Assembly: GCA_028703475.1 (NCBI GenBank) | Contig: JAQVMU010000003.1 | Span: 1 to 53,411 of the forward strand | Origin: Atribacterota bacterium | GTDB lineage: Bacteria; Atribacterota; Phoenicimicrobiia; Phoenicimicrobiales; Stramentimicrobiaceae | Length of the DNA: 53,411 bases | Direction: 5' to 3' | In this document: positions 19,035-28,434 of the stretch, in pieces | Layout of the letters: the number at the start of each line of letters is the position of its first letter | How positions within the stretch are numbered: the stretch's first letter is position 1 | Translations under genes and position numbers: made by a program | Notes under the pieces: model-generated | The model's database searches: none | Seen by the model: only the letters and a program-made list of their open reading frames with translations | Told to the model about the DNA's origin: nothing

Positions 19035-19079
19035 AATTACTAATTGAAAGTTACAGCTTTTAAAGAGAGGTGAGATTAT

Positions 19080-19340
19080 ATGGCTCATAAAAAAGGACAG
19101 GGTTCAGCTAAGAACGGTCGCGATAGTATATCGAAACGTTTAGGAGTAAAGAAATTTGGCGGTCAGCTGGTAAAAAGTGGTAATATTATTATCCGACAGA
19201 GAGGTACCCGGATTTTACCAGGTAAAAATGTAGGCCGTGGCAATGATGATACATTATTTGCATTAATTGACGGATATGTTGATTTTCAGAACAAAGGTAA
19301 AAATAGAAAACAGGTTTCTGTCAAGGCGTTGGAAGAATAG
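19080..19340 (+). CDS. rpmA: 50S ribosomal protein L27
   Basis: [44 protein letters not shown]. Confidence 0.98.
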   Translation: MAHKKGQGSAKNGRDSISKRLGVKKFGGQLVKSGNIIIRQRGTRILPGKNVGRGNDDTLFALIDGYVDFQNKGKNRKQVSVKALEE

Positions 19341-19365
19341 TTATATAATTAATTCAACAAAATAT

Positions 19366-19398
19366 ACCCTGGGTTTTGAAAAAGCTCAGGGTTTTTTG
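19366..19398 (+). terminator. Rho-independent terminator after rpmA
   Basis: Hairpin ACCCTGGGTTT-TGAAA-AAGCTCAGGGT followed by a T-tract. Confidence 0.75.
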
Positions 19399-19454
19399 TT
19401 ATAAATTAAAAATACACATATTACGAAATATAAAAAATATATAAAAGGATTATA

Positions 19455-20741
19455 ATGTTTTCAGATAAGGTTATTATATTTGCAAATGCCGGTAACGGCG
19501 GTAACGGATCTGTAAGTTTCAGAAGAGAGCGCTTTGTTCCCAGAGGAGGTCCTGATGGAGGTGATGGCGGGAAAGGCGGAAATATAATTATTCAGGCTGA
19601 CTATCACACAAGAACACTGATTCAGCTTTACCGAAGCCCCCATTGTAATGCAGAAGATGGAGGGAATGGCAGAGGGCAAAAAAAGAACGGTAAAGATGGA
19701 CAGGATTTGCTGCTTAAGGTACCTGTGGGAACTGTTGTAGAAGACACTGAGAAAAATGAACTCCTTGCAGATCTCTCTAAGCCCGGAGAACAAATACTTG
19801 TGGCCAAAGGCGGTGCTGGCGGAAAAGGGAACTATCGTTTTAGAGGTTCACAGCGACAGGCTCCTATGTTTGCTCAAAGAGGGGAACCGGGAGAAAGAGT
19901 AAAATTAAGGCTTAACTTAAAACTAATTGCTGATGTTGGGCTTGTCGGATTTCCCAATGCAGGAAAGTCTACTCTTCTTTCACGGGTTTCTGCTGCAAAA
20001 CCAAAAATTGCTGATTATCCTTTTACTACAATCGAACCCTGTTTGGGTGTTGTGCAGGTAGATGAAGAAAATTCTTTTGTAATTGCAGATATTCCGGGTT
20101 TGATTGAAGGAGCTCATCAGGGTGTTGGAATGGGCACGCGATTTTTAAAACATATCGAAAGAACAAAGGTATTAATACATCTTATCGACGGCTCTCTGAT
20201 AGTATTTCACAATAATGATAAGTTGTTTCAGAATTATCTTATTATAGAAAATGAACTAAAACAATATGCCGATATTTTACAGAAAAAGGAAAAAATTGTT
20301 GTAATAAATAAATATGATTTACCGGAAGTAAAAGAAAAGGAAGAATTTATAAGAAAGCAATTTTCAAAAGAAAATGTTCCGGTGATGTTCATATCAGCAA
20401 TCAGCGGTGAAGGTGTAGATGGACTTATTTATGAGTTGCAGAAACTAATATCTATTGCTGAAAAAAAGGAGAGCAGAAAAATATTTACCAAAAAGGAAGA
20501 GCTGGCTCATTATCGATATGAGCCGGATTTTGTCGTTACAAAAGAAGGTGACACATTTATTGTTAAAGGGAATACAATAGTTAAGATGGTGAATAGGTAT
20601 GATCTGCAAAATCCCCAGGCATTAGAATACTTTCAAAAAATATTAAAAAAAACCGGGGTTGAAAAAGCCCTGAAAAATAAAGGAATAAAGGACGGGGATA
20701 AGGTAAAAATTGGAGATACAGATTTTTACTTTTATTCATAG
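19455..20741 (+). CDS. obgE: GTPase ObgE with C-terminal OCT (DUF1967) domain
   Basis: GGPDGGDGGKGG, GFPNAGKSTLL, DYPFTT, DIPGLIEGA, NKYD, SA; C-terminal GIKDGDKVKIG. Confidence 0.97.
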   Translation: MFSDKVIIFANAGNGGNGSVSFRRERFVPRGGPDGGDGGKGGNIIIQADYHTRTLIQLYRSPHCNAEDGGNGRGQKKNGKDGQDLLLKVPVGTVVEDTEKNELLADLSKPGEQILVAKGGAGGKGNYRFRGSQRQAPMFAQRGEPGERVKLRLNLKLIADVGLVGFPNAGKSTLLSRVSAAKPKIADYPFTTIEPCLGVVQVDEENSFVIADIPGLIEGAHQGVGMGTRFLKHIERTKVLIHLIDGSLIVFHNNDKLFQNYLIIENELKQYADILQKKEKIVVINKYDLPEVKEKEEFIRKQFSKENVPVMFISAISGEGVDGLIYELQKLISIAEKKESRKIFTKKEELAHYRYEPDFVVTKEGDTFIVKGNTIVKMVNRYDLQNPQALEYFQKILKKTGVEKALKNKGIKDGDKVKIGDTDFYFYS

Positions 20742-20824
20742 ATACTGTATAATATTATGTTAAATAAAATAAATCTTGCTGGTATAATAATAAGCATATA
20801 GAAATAATTATGTAAAGGATAAAA

Positions 20825-23800
20825 ATGATTTACTGGTTTAAGCTATTTAAAAAATATTATAAGGTTAACCAATTCCAAAGCCAATTATTAACCTGGTTTA
20901 TTGCTATTGGTTTAATAATATTCACAGCAGTACCAGAGATAATTGCATCTCCAGCACCAGATATAGCAATCTATTATTTCAACAATCAAACCGGAGATGA
21001 AGGTTTGCAGTGGTTAGAAGAAGATTTGGCTGTTACAATAAGTCAATCTTTATCAAAAATTGATCAGGTAAATCTTATGCCATTGTCTGAAATAAATACA
21101 ATAGCTGATCAAGGGCAATACCAAAATATGGTTCAAAAGAAAGACTCGATATCATTTGGTCATTTAGCCAATCTTTTGAAGGTTGATTTGATATTTTCCG
21201 GGAACTATTTCCAGGATGCTGAAGGTCAGATTGATTTGGATTTATTAATGTATGCTTCTTCCACCGGTCATTTGGTTGAATTTCGCAGAATTTCAGCTCC
21301 CCTGGACGATTTATACAATTTAAAAGAAAGAATAATCAGAAATATATTACAGGAATCCGATATTGATCCAAACAGAGTTCCCTTGGAGGCTATCATAGAA
21401 GCTGAAATTGTTGAAATAGAGACTGATGTAGCTGAAGAAATGCCTCCTGATATGCCTGTTGTCGAAGAACCCCGCAGGGACCTTGCTCAAATTGCATCAC
21501 TTTTTCTGGATGACCAATCAGCTTCAGAGTATTATAAAAAAGCTTTAGAATTAAAGGAAAAGGCTATTTTAGAATATGGAGGTGCTGATTATCCCAGCAA
21601 ACCATTGTGGAATGAGGCAATTCAAAATGCAACAAAAGCTGTTGAGTTAGACCCTGATTTTGCCGATGGTTATTATCTGTTATATGAAATTTTTCGAAAA
21701 ACAAAGTGGATTGCCCGGGAAATAGAAAGTCTTGAACTATATGTGGATACTGTACAGAGAACCGGTAAGCAGGTTAATAATATTGAATTTTCTATATTGC
21801 TTACCAGGCTTGCTCATTTGAAGTACAATGCCGGTGACCCTTCATCTGCTGTCTACTATTTAGAGAAGGCAATATCATATAATCAAAACGATATTGATGC
21901 CCGGTCATATTTAATGAGGATTTATTATGACACCGGACAGGGGACAAAGGCATTGCAGCAGGCAGAGGCGATTAAAAGAATTCAGCCGGAAAGCATTGAA
22001 CTGGATTGGTTTGCAAGTAGAACGCAAAGAATATCAATATTTGGCCAGCAAGCCTTCGAGAGTTATGAAAGAGGGTATAATTCTTATATTGTAAAAAATT
22101 ACAGTGAGGCCATAAATTATTTAGAACAGGCAATCAGTATGGCTCCTGCATTTAAGGATGCCCATTATTATTTAGGTTTAAGCTATTATCACTATGGAAA
22201 TTTAGATGGAGCAATTCGCCATTGGGAGGAAGCAGTCAGGTTAGACCCGTTTGACAATCATGCCAGGATTTATTTAAATAAAGCGCTTGAAGAAAAAGAA
22301 TACGGGAGAGATGCTGTCTGGAGATTTAATGAGGGTTATGAGCACTATATAGCCGGCGAATATGAGGACGCTTTAGCCGTATTCAAATCATCCACTCAGT
22401 TGAATCCTAATTTTGAAAAGGCGAGAACGTTTTTAATGCGCACATATTTCCATTTAGACCGCATGGATGAATATGCGGAAGAGAGAAGAAGAATTGGTGA
22501 AAACATTGAATATACCGGAGGAATGGAGAGAGAGTTTTACCAGTTAGGATATGATTTTTACTCAATAGGTGATTATAATGTAGCATTGGAAAAATTAAGA
22601 GAATCATTAGAGATAAATCCTGATTATTTAGAGGCAAGATTTTTAATTGCTGAAACCCTTTACCAGCTAAAAGATTATCATGAAGCAAATATTCATTATA
22701 AATATATAATTGATAATTACCCCAATAGTGAGTATTATGAAAATTCTTTATTGGGAAGCGGATGGTGTTTATATTTACTTGAAGAATATCCCCAATCTGA
22801 AGAACATCTTAAGCTGTTAATAGATAATTTTCCAAAAAGCCCTTTATATGAAGAGGGGATTTATAAATTAGGAAGAGTCTATTTTGTTCAGGAGAAATAC
22901 CCCCTTGCAATTCAATTATATGAGGGATTATTAGACTCAGAATCATCCGAATATGATTTGGTAGATATAAAATATATCCTGGGTCAATCATATTTCTGGT
23001 TAGAAGACTATGAACAGTCAAAAAAATATCTGCTGGATATCATAGAGAATAATCCAGGTTTTAAACAGATAGACGAGACAAAATATTATTATAGTTTTAC
23101 ATTATTCAGGGAAGAAAGATATCACGAAGCTATGGGTGTTTTAGAAAAGTTGCTGGAGAAGAAAAACAGTCCAGTAGAAAATGAGGCAGCATATCTTTTA
23201 GGAAGGACATTGCTTGAGCAAAGAGAATATGATAGAGTTATTGAAATTAATAGTTCTTTGATAGAAAAGGATGCAGTAGAAGAATATATATTGGAAAGAG
23301 CGTTATTTGATTTAGGTTTATCATATTCCCGAAAAGATGATGATGAAAATGCAGTGCCCTATTTCCAGCGTGTTATTAAAGAATTTCCACTGGGAGAGCT
23401 TGCAGGCTTAAGTAAAATTGAGCTCGCTCAAAGTCTTTATCACCTTGGAAAATACCAGGATTCAATTGATGTACTGGAAGATACAAACACAAAAGAAGCT
23501 ATGGAAATTAAACTTGATTCTGCAACAAGACTGGGTGATGAGGAATTATTGCTTTCACTGTATAAGGAGGCTGAAGAGATATATCCTGATGGTGATTTAT
23601 CTGTAGATGGATTTTATGCTCTGGCAAAAACACAATTTGAAAGTAATAAGTACCAGGAGGCAATTGAAACCTTTATTATGATTGAAGGCATGGATATTAC
23701 TGAACAGATGAGAATGGAAATAAATTACTGGAAAGGATTGAGTTTTTACAGGCTGGCGGATTATAATCAGGCTAAAGATAATTTTCAGAAAGTTGATTAT

Positions 23801-24532
23801 CTGGAAGAAAGCGAAATTTCTGCAAGATCTCTATATATGTTAGCTGAAACCTGTTATCAGCAGGCAGACTTTAAGTCAGCAATTACTTATTATAAAGATT
23901 TTTTACAACACTATGGTACCCATTCATTAACAGAGCATGTTCAATATAGTATTGCCTGGAGTTACTTAAATGATAAAGATTATCAGAATGCATTGTTATC
24001 ATTCCAGGAGCTCATACAGCAATACCCTGATAGTTCATTTATAGAGGAAAGTGTTTTTCTTACTGGAAAGATAAACTATTTAATATCTGATAATAATAAC
24101 TCTATGACAAAATTAACAGGTTTTATTGATAAATATCCGGATAGTGAATATCTGGAAGAGGCTATTTATATTATTGCTCAGATTGTACTGGAAGACCAAC
24201 AGTGGATTGATAGCATATTATACTTTGAAAGGCTAATAAATAATTACCCCGATAGCCGATATATGCCCGGTTCCCTTTATGGGCTTTGTTTGAGCTATTA
24301 TAAAAAAGAAGAATATAACAAGGCTGTTTCTGCAGGTGAAAGGTATTTAAATTCCTACCCGGGTGGCACTTTTAAATGTGATATATTGTATATCTCTGCT
24401 ATCAGCCAGCAGGAATTAGGAAACATGGATGAGGCATATAATTATTACACACAGATTGTAAATGATTGTCCTGACAGCAGCTATTCAGATAGTGCACAAG
24501 AACAATTAGATTATCTTAATGACTTATTGTAA
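20825..24532 (+). CDS. Large exported TPR-repeat protein (1235 aa) with N-terminal TolB-N/FlgO-like alpha/beta domain and CpoB/BamD-like C-terminal repeats
   Basis: Signal-like N-terminus; IAIYYFNNQTGD..LQWL domain; many ~34-37 aa repeats (A.YYLG..YY..G....A, 'LI..YPDS.Y'). Confidence 0.8.
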   Translation: MIYWFKLFKKYYKVNQFQSQLLTWFIAIGLIIFTAVPEIIASPAPDIAIYYFNNQTGDEGLQWLEEDLAVTISQSLSKIDQVNLMPLSEINTIADQGQYQNMVQKKDSISFGHLANLLKVDLIFSGNYFQDAEGQIDLDLLMYASSTGHLVEFRRISAPLDDLYNLKERIIRNILQESDIDPNRVPLEAIIEAEIVEIETDVAEEMPPDMPVVEEPRRDLAQIASLFLDDQSASEYYKKALELKEKAILEYGGADYPSKPLWNEAIQNATKAVELDPDFADGYYLLYEIFRKTKWIAREIESLELYVDTVQRTGKQVNNIEFSILLTRLAHLKYNAGDPSSAVYYLEKAISYNQNDIDARSYLMRIYYDTGQGTKALQQAEAIKRIQPESIELDWFASRTQRISIFGQQAFESYERGYNSYIVKNYSEAINYLEQAISMAPAFKDAHYYLGLSYYHYGNLDGAIRHWEEAVRLDPFDNHARIYLNKALEEKEYGRDAVWRFNEGYEHYIAGEYEDALAVFKSSTQLNPNFEKARTFLMRTYFHLDRMDEYAEERRRIGENIEYTGGMEREFYQLGYDFYSIGDYNVALEKLRESLEINPDYLEARFLIAETLYQLKDYHEANIHYKYIIDNYPNSEYYENSLLGSGWCLYLLEEYPQSEEHLKLLIDNFPKSPLYEEGIYKLGRVYFVQEKYPLAIQLYEGLLDSESSEYDLVDIKYILGQSYFWLEDYEQSKKYLLDIIENNPGFKQIDETKYYYSFTLFREERYHEAMGVLEKLLEKKNSPVENEAAYLLGRTLLEQREYDRVIEINSSLIEKDAVEEYILERALFDLGLSYSRKDDDENAVPYFQRVIKEFPLGELAGLSKIELAQSLYHLGKYQDSIDVLEDTNTKEAMEIKLDSATRLGDEELLLSLYKEAEEIYPDGDLSVDGFYALAKTQFESNKYQEAIETFIMIEGMDITEQMRMEINYWKGLSFYRLADYNQAKDNFQKVDYLEESEISARSLYMLAETCYQQADFKSAITYYKDFLQHYGTHSLTEHVQYSIAWSYLNDKDYQNALLSFQELIQQYPDSSFIEESVFLTGKINYLISDNNNSMTKLTGFIDKYPDSEYLEEAIYIIAQIVLEDQQWIDSILYFERLINNYPDSRYMPGSLYGLCLSYYKKEEYNKAVSAGERYLNSYPGGTFKCDILYISAISQQELGNMDEAYNYYTQIVNDCPDSSYSDSAQEQLDYLNDLL

Positions 24533-24638
24533 AAGCTTTATCAAAAAAGCATAACATATTAATTGTCAAGGCAAAAAAGTTAAGATTTAAAAAGAAATTA
24601 AAAAATTATTTATAGATATTAGAGGAGGCAACTATTTA

Positions 24639-25292
24639 ATGTTTGAACTATTTAATAAGGGCGGTTTCTTAATGTACCCGATATTTTTCAGTTCTTTGCT
24701 GGCTATTGCTATTTTTTTTGAAAGAATGTTTTACCTGAAGAGTATTAAAACATCAACAAGAAAATTTGGCAAAAGAATCAGTGATTTAATCAGAAAGGGA
24801 AACATTAATTTTGCAATATCCGCCTGCAGAAAGAATATTACACCTATCTCCCAGATAATCCTGGCAGCACTATTAAAATATGGCAGTTCGAGGGATGAGA
24901 TAAAGGAGACTATTGAAGACACTGCCAGACATGAAATTACAATATTGGAAAGAAATTTACCTATATTGTCTACTGTCGGCAATATTGCTCCTTTGTTGGG
25001 CTTATTAGGAACTGTTTTTGGTATGATTAAAGCTTTTCAGGTTGTGTCAGTCGTTGGAGTGGGTAATCCGGAAGCTTTAGCAGGTGGAATTTCTGAGGCA
25101 TTACTGACTACTGCATTTGGTCTTTCAGTGGCTATTCCTACGATTGTTGCTTATAATTACCTTGCACACCGTGTGGACAGACAGGTTAAAGAAATGGAAT
25201 CCACATCTATAGAAATACTGGAATTATTATCTAATAATAAAGAAGAAAAAGAGGAAGGTGTGAAATTAGATGAAATTTTATCACATCAGTAA
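24639..25292 (+). CDS. exbB: MotA/TolQ/ExbB proton-channel protein
   Basis: GG.LMYPI, APLLGLLGTVFGMIKAF, LAGGISEALLTTAFGL.VAIP. Confidence 0.92.
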   Translation: MFELFNKGGFLMYPIFFSSLLAIAIFFERMFYLKSIKTSTRKFGKRISDLIRKGNINFAISACRKNITPISQIILAALLKYGSSRDEIKETIEDTARHEITILERNLPILSTVGNIAPLLGLLGTVFGMIKAFQVVSVVGVGNPEALAGGISEALLTTAFGLSVAIPTIVAYNYLAHRVDRQVKEMESTSIEILELLSNNKEEKEEGVKLDEILSHQ

Positions 25293-25680
25293 AAAAACTA
25301 TTGGTTTTGATATTACACCCTTAATTGATGTGGTTTTCTTATTACTTATTTTCTTTATGCTGACTACTACATTTATAAATGTTGAAAGCGGTGTAAAAGT
25401 AGACCTTCCAAGCGGGGATTTTGCCGAGGTGAGTGAGAAGCAAAATCTTGTTGTTTCCATTACTGAAAATAATGTTCTATATCTAAATAACAGGTTAATT
25501 GATCCTAATAATTTATCAGAGTACATAAGAGAGGAAATTGGCAATAATGTAGATACATTGGTTGTATTGGAGGCAGATCAGAATATTACTCATGGAAAAG
25601 TGGTTAGGGTAATGGATTTAATAAAAAAAGGCGGAGCTGAAAAAATAGCCATTGCAACCAAGCCAATTGAAGAAAATTGA
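25270..25680 (+). CDS. exbD: ExbD/TolR biopolymer transport protein
   Basis: DITPLIDVVFLLLIFFMLTT (TM Asp), VDLP, EADQ...HGKVV.VMD; overlaps the exbB stop. Confidence 0.92.
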   Translation: MKFYHISKKTIGFDITPLIDVVFLLLIFFMLTTTFINVESGVKVDLPSGDFAEVSEKQNLVVSITENNVLYLNNRLIDPNNLSEYIREEIGNNVDTLVVLEADQNITHGKVVRVMDLIKKGGAEKIAIATKPIEEN

Positions 25681-25719
25681 TAATTCTTTTGAAAAATTGT
25701 TAGAAAACAGGGTGATTAA

Positions 25720-27213
25720 TTGAAAAATACTATTGGATATAGAGCAAAAAGAAGAAAAGTAAAGCAAAAAAGTTTTTTAGGCCGTTCTTTTTTGATTTCT
25801 GTGATTATAAATATATTGTTTATATTTGCCTTCAGCAATTTAATTACCTTTGACATTTTTGATTTACCACCTGAGGAAGAGATCATTGAAGTAACCATGA
25901 TGGAGTTGCCTGCTGCCAGGACGCCTGTATCACCAAGACCGGAAATAATCAGGGAAGAGCCGCTTGCAGAAATGGATGTGAAGCCGAAAGTAGATCCCAT
26001 GATGCCTGAACCGGCTCAAATACAGGAAGTAGAGACACTGCACGAGATAGAAGAGCAGGTTGAAATTGAAGAGAGTACCCCAAAGGTCGAAGTAAAGGTT
26101 CCGGAAATTGAAATTCCTGCTGAGGAAGACATTGCGCCAATAAAGGAAGAAATTGCATTGAGGCAGGATGTACAGATGGCAGCAAGGGAGATTGACCCAT
26201 CTTTAACCAGCAGAAGAGAAATTGAAGGCCAAATGCTGGAAGAGGGTAGTTATGAAATGCAGGCAAATTTAGGCACGGAAGGTCGTGAGCGTATTGAGTC
26301 AACATATGGTTCAGTAGTAACTCCCGGAAGAATAACCAGTTTACCTGATGCAATTGAAAAAGAATCACCTTTTGGCAATAGACCATTAGCGGTTATGATT
26401 GATAATGCAAGTTTTGCCCGCCCACAAAGTGGTTTGGACAAGGCAGATATTGTTTATGAAGTGCTGGCTGAAGGCGGAATCACCAGATTTTTAGCCATAT
26501 ATGCAACCAAAGAAGCTGACAAAGTAGGTCCTGTACGGAGTGCCAGACCTTATTTTATAACCAAAACATTAGAACATAATGCTATTTATGTTCATGCCGG
26601 GGAGAGCCCGGATGCGGCAAGGTTTATTCGGGAAGAGAGAATTGACGATATTAATGAATTAGTCCATTTTCAGCCATTCTGGAGAAGTCAGGATCGCAAT
26701 GCGCCGCATAATCTTTATGCCTCTACTGAACAGCTTAGAGATGAGACAAGAAGATTGGGCTATATTGAAATGGTCAACAAGGGAGACTACCAGTTTGAGA
26801 TTGACAGAGAAGAGGTTCTTACAGGCAGAGATGCTCAGAAAATTGATATTAGATACCATAATGACTATATAGTAAGCTATCAATATATATCGGATGGGCA
26901 AAGATATGTCCGCTATATTAATGGCCAGCTCCATATTGATGCGGAAACCGGGAGACCTATTGATGTAAAAAATATCATCATTCAGCATAGTGAGAAAAAG
27001 GTAATAGATGAAGAGGGAAGGTTATCTATTGATTTTATTGGAGAAGGCAGCGGGCTGATAATATTTAACGGAAAGTCTGAAGAGATTACCTGGAAAAAAG
27101 AGAGCCTTCAATCTAAAACGCTTTTTTATAATAAAGAAGGCAATAGATTAGCCATACAGCCAGGAAATGTATGGATACAGGTAATTCATCCTGATACCCA
27201 GATAAGCTATTAA
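25720..27213 (+). CDS. TonB/TolA-like N-terminal anchor and Pro/Glu linker fused to a DUF3048 (YerB-like) domain
   Basis: Basic N-tail, TM with S27-x3-N31, ~180 aa Pro/Glu-rich linker, then RPLAVMIDN..ARPQSGL..AD.VYE..AEGGITR..A and GPVRSARPYF (DUF3048 hallmarks). TTG start after AGGGTG. Confidence 0.8.
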   Translation: MKNTIGYRAKRRKVKQKSFLGRSFLISVIINILFIFAFSNLITFDIFDLPPEEEIIEVTMMELPAARTPVSPRPEIIREEPLAEMDVKPKVDPMMPEPAQIQEVETLHEIEEQVEIEESTPKVEVKVPEIEIPAEEDIAPIKEEIALRQDVQMAAREIDPSLTSRREIEGQMLEEGSYEMQANLGTEGRERIESTYGSVVTPGRITSLPDAIEKESPFGNRPLAVMIDNASFARPQSGLDKADIVYEVLAEGGITRFLAIYATKEADKVGPVRSARPYFITKTLEHNAIYVHAGESPDAARFIREERIDDINELVHFQPFWRSQDRNAPHNLYASTEQLRDETRRLGYIEMVNKGDYQFEIDREEVLTGRDAQKIDIRYHNDYIVSYQYISDGQRYVRYINGQLHIDAETGRPIDVKNIIIQHSEKKVIDEEGRLSIDFIGEGSGLIIFNGKSEEITWKKESLQSKTLFYNKEGNRLAIQPGNVWIQVIHPDTQISY

Positions 27214-27331
27214 AATATTATATAGTTATAAATTATTATCTTTTTAAGATATTTTGTAACATAGAGTTAATTAAAGTATGCAATTAGAATCTTATATTTG
27301 CTCAGTTGCTGATAAGGCTTGGTAATTATAT

Positions 27332-28228
27332 ATGAAACAACAACAGGAACTAATTGAATATTTTTTAGATTACCTCTCTCTGGAGAGGGGTTTGGCCTAT
27401 AATACAATTATTTCTTATAGATATGATTTATCAAAATTTCTCGAGTTTGTAGTTAAGAAACAAAATACATCCTTAAAAGCCGTCAACCGGGAGGATATTA
27501 CTGCTTATTATAAATATTTATCACAGTTAAAACTTGGCATTAACTCAGTATTCAGAAATTTAGTAGCATTAAAGATGTTTTATCGCTTTCTGTTTACTGA
27601 AGAATTGATTAAAAAAGATTTGACACATTTCATCGAATTTCCCCGAATAGAAAAAAAATTACCACAGGTGCTTAGTCTAAAAGAATTGGACAGATTGTTG
27701 GCTGAAAAGAATTTTAAAGGAATTTTGGGAAAAAGAGACCAGGCAATATTAGAGCTTCTATATGCAACAGGTATGAGAGTATCTGAACTTATTAGTTTAA
27801 GAAGAAATGATATTAACCTGGATCATCTTCTGTTAAAGTGCACAGGAAAGGGAAACAAAGAAAGATGGGTTCCTTTTACTGATAGAGTACACAATATTTT
27901 ATCCGATTATATAAATACAATAAGACCTCGCCTGGTAAAAGAACTGGATACCAATATATTATTTTTAAATAGTAATGGGAAACCTATTTCACGGCAAGGT
28001 GTCTTTTTTATAATAAAAAATTATGTAGAAAAATCCGGATTAAAAATTAAAGTAACACCACATACTTTCAGACATACGTTGGCAACCCATTTGATTGAAA
28101 ATGGAGCAGATTTAAGATCTGTTCAAGAAATGTTAGGCCATTCAGATATTTCTACAACACAAATCTATACTCATGTTAGTAGAAAATGGATTAGCGAAGA
28201 GTATTACAAGGCTTTTCCAAGAGTGTAA
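27332..28228 (+). CDS. xerD: Tyrosine recombinase XerD
   Basis: YLSLERGLA.NT..SY; catalytic R (YATGMRVSEL), K (GKGNKER), HTFRH, LGHSDISTTQIY. Confidence 0.9.
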   Translation: MKQQQELIEYFLDYLSLERGLAYNTIISYRYDLSKFLEFVVKKQNTSLKAVNREDITAYYKYLSQLKLGINSVFRNLVALKMFYRFLFTEELIKKDLTHFIEFPRIEKKLPQVLSLKELDRLLAEKNFKGILGKRDQAILELLYATGMRVSELISLRRNDINLDHLLLKCTGKGNKERWVPFTDRVHNILSDYINTIRPRLVKELDTNILFLNSNGKPISRQGVFFIIKNYVEKSGLKIKVTPHTFRHTLATHLIENGADLRSVQEMLGHSDISTTQIYTHVSRKWISEEYYKAFPRV

Positions 28229-28267
28229 AAATATTTTTCTCCCACAAAGGATACTTATTAATAAATT

Positions 28268-28305
28268 CCCTCTCCCCCAGGAGGGAGAGGGTTAGGGTGA
28301 GGGGG
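28268..28305. repeat. BoxC-like palindromic element
   Basis: CCCTCTCCC-CCAGGA-GGGAGAGGG stem followed by the tail TTAGGGTGAGGGGG; same architecture as 331-368 in the opposite orientation. Confidence 0.8.
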
Positions 28306-28434
28306 AGGAAGTAAAAAAAATTGTATAACATATACCGTGAAATACGAAGAAAAGACTTTAGGATATGAGATAAAAGGTGCAAAATAATAAAACAAAAACC
28401 AAAGACTAAAAAACTTTTATGTTGGAGGGAAATA

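Noticed and set aside
19363-19373. Second CsoR operator (TATACCCTGGG, identical to the first 11 bp of 44328-44346)
   Set aside because: Only a half-site; the right half GGGTATA is absent, and the sequence is explained as the 5' arm of the rpmA terminator.
20738-20765. dif site (TTATGTTAAAT at 20755-20765 is a perfect XerD arm, and xerD is 6.5 kb away)
   Set aside because: The XerC arm (ATAGATACTGT) does not resemble known arms. A rough estimate gives about 0.3 chance matches of this AT-rich 11-mer per window. Gene orientation does not switch here as expected at a terminus.
27332-28228. Prophage or integrative-element integrase
   Set aside because: The sequence has XerD-specific features and housekeeping neighbours; no phage, conjugation or att-like features were seen.
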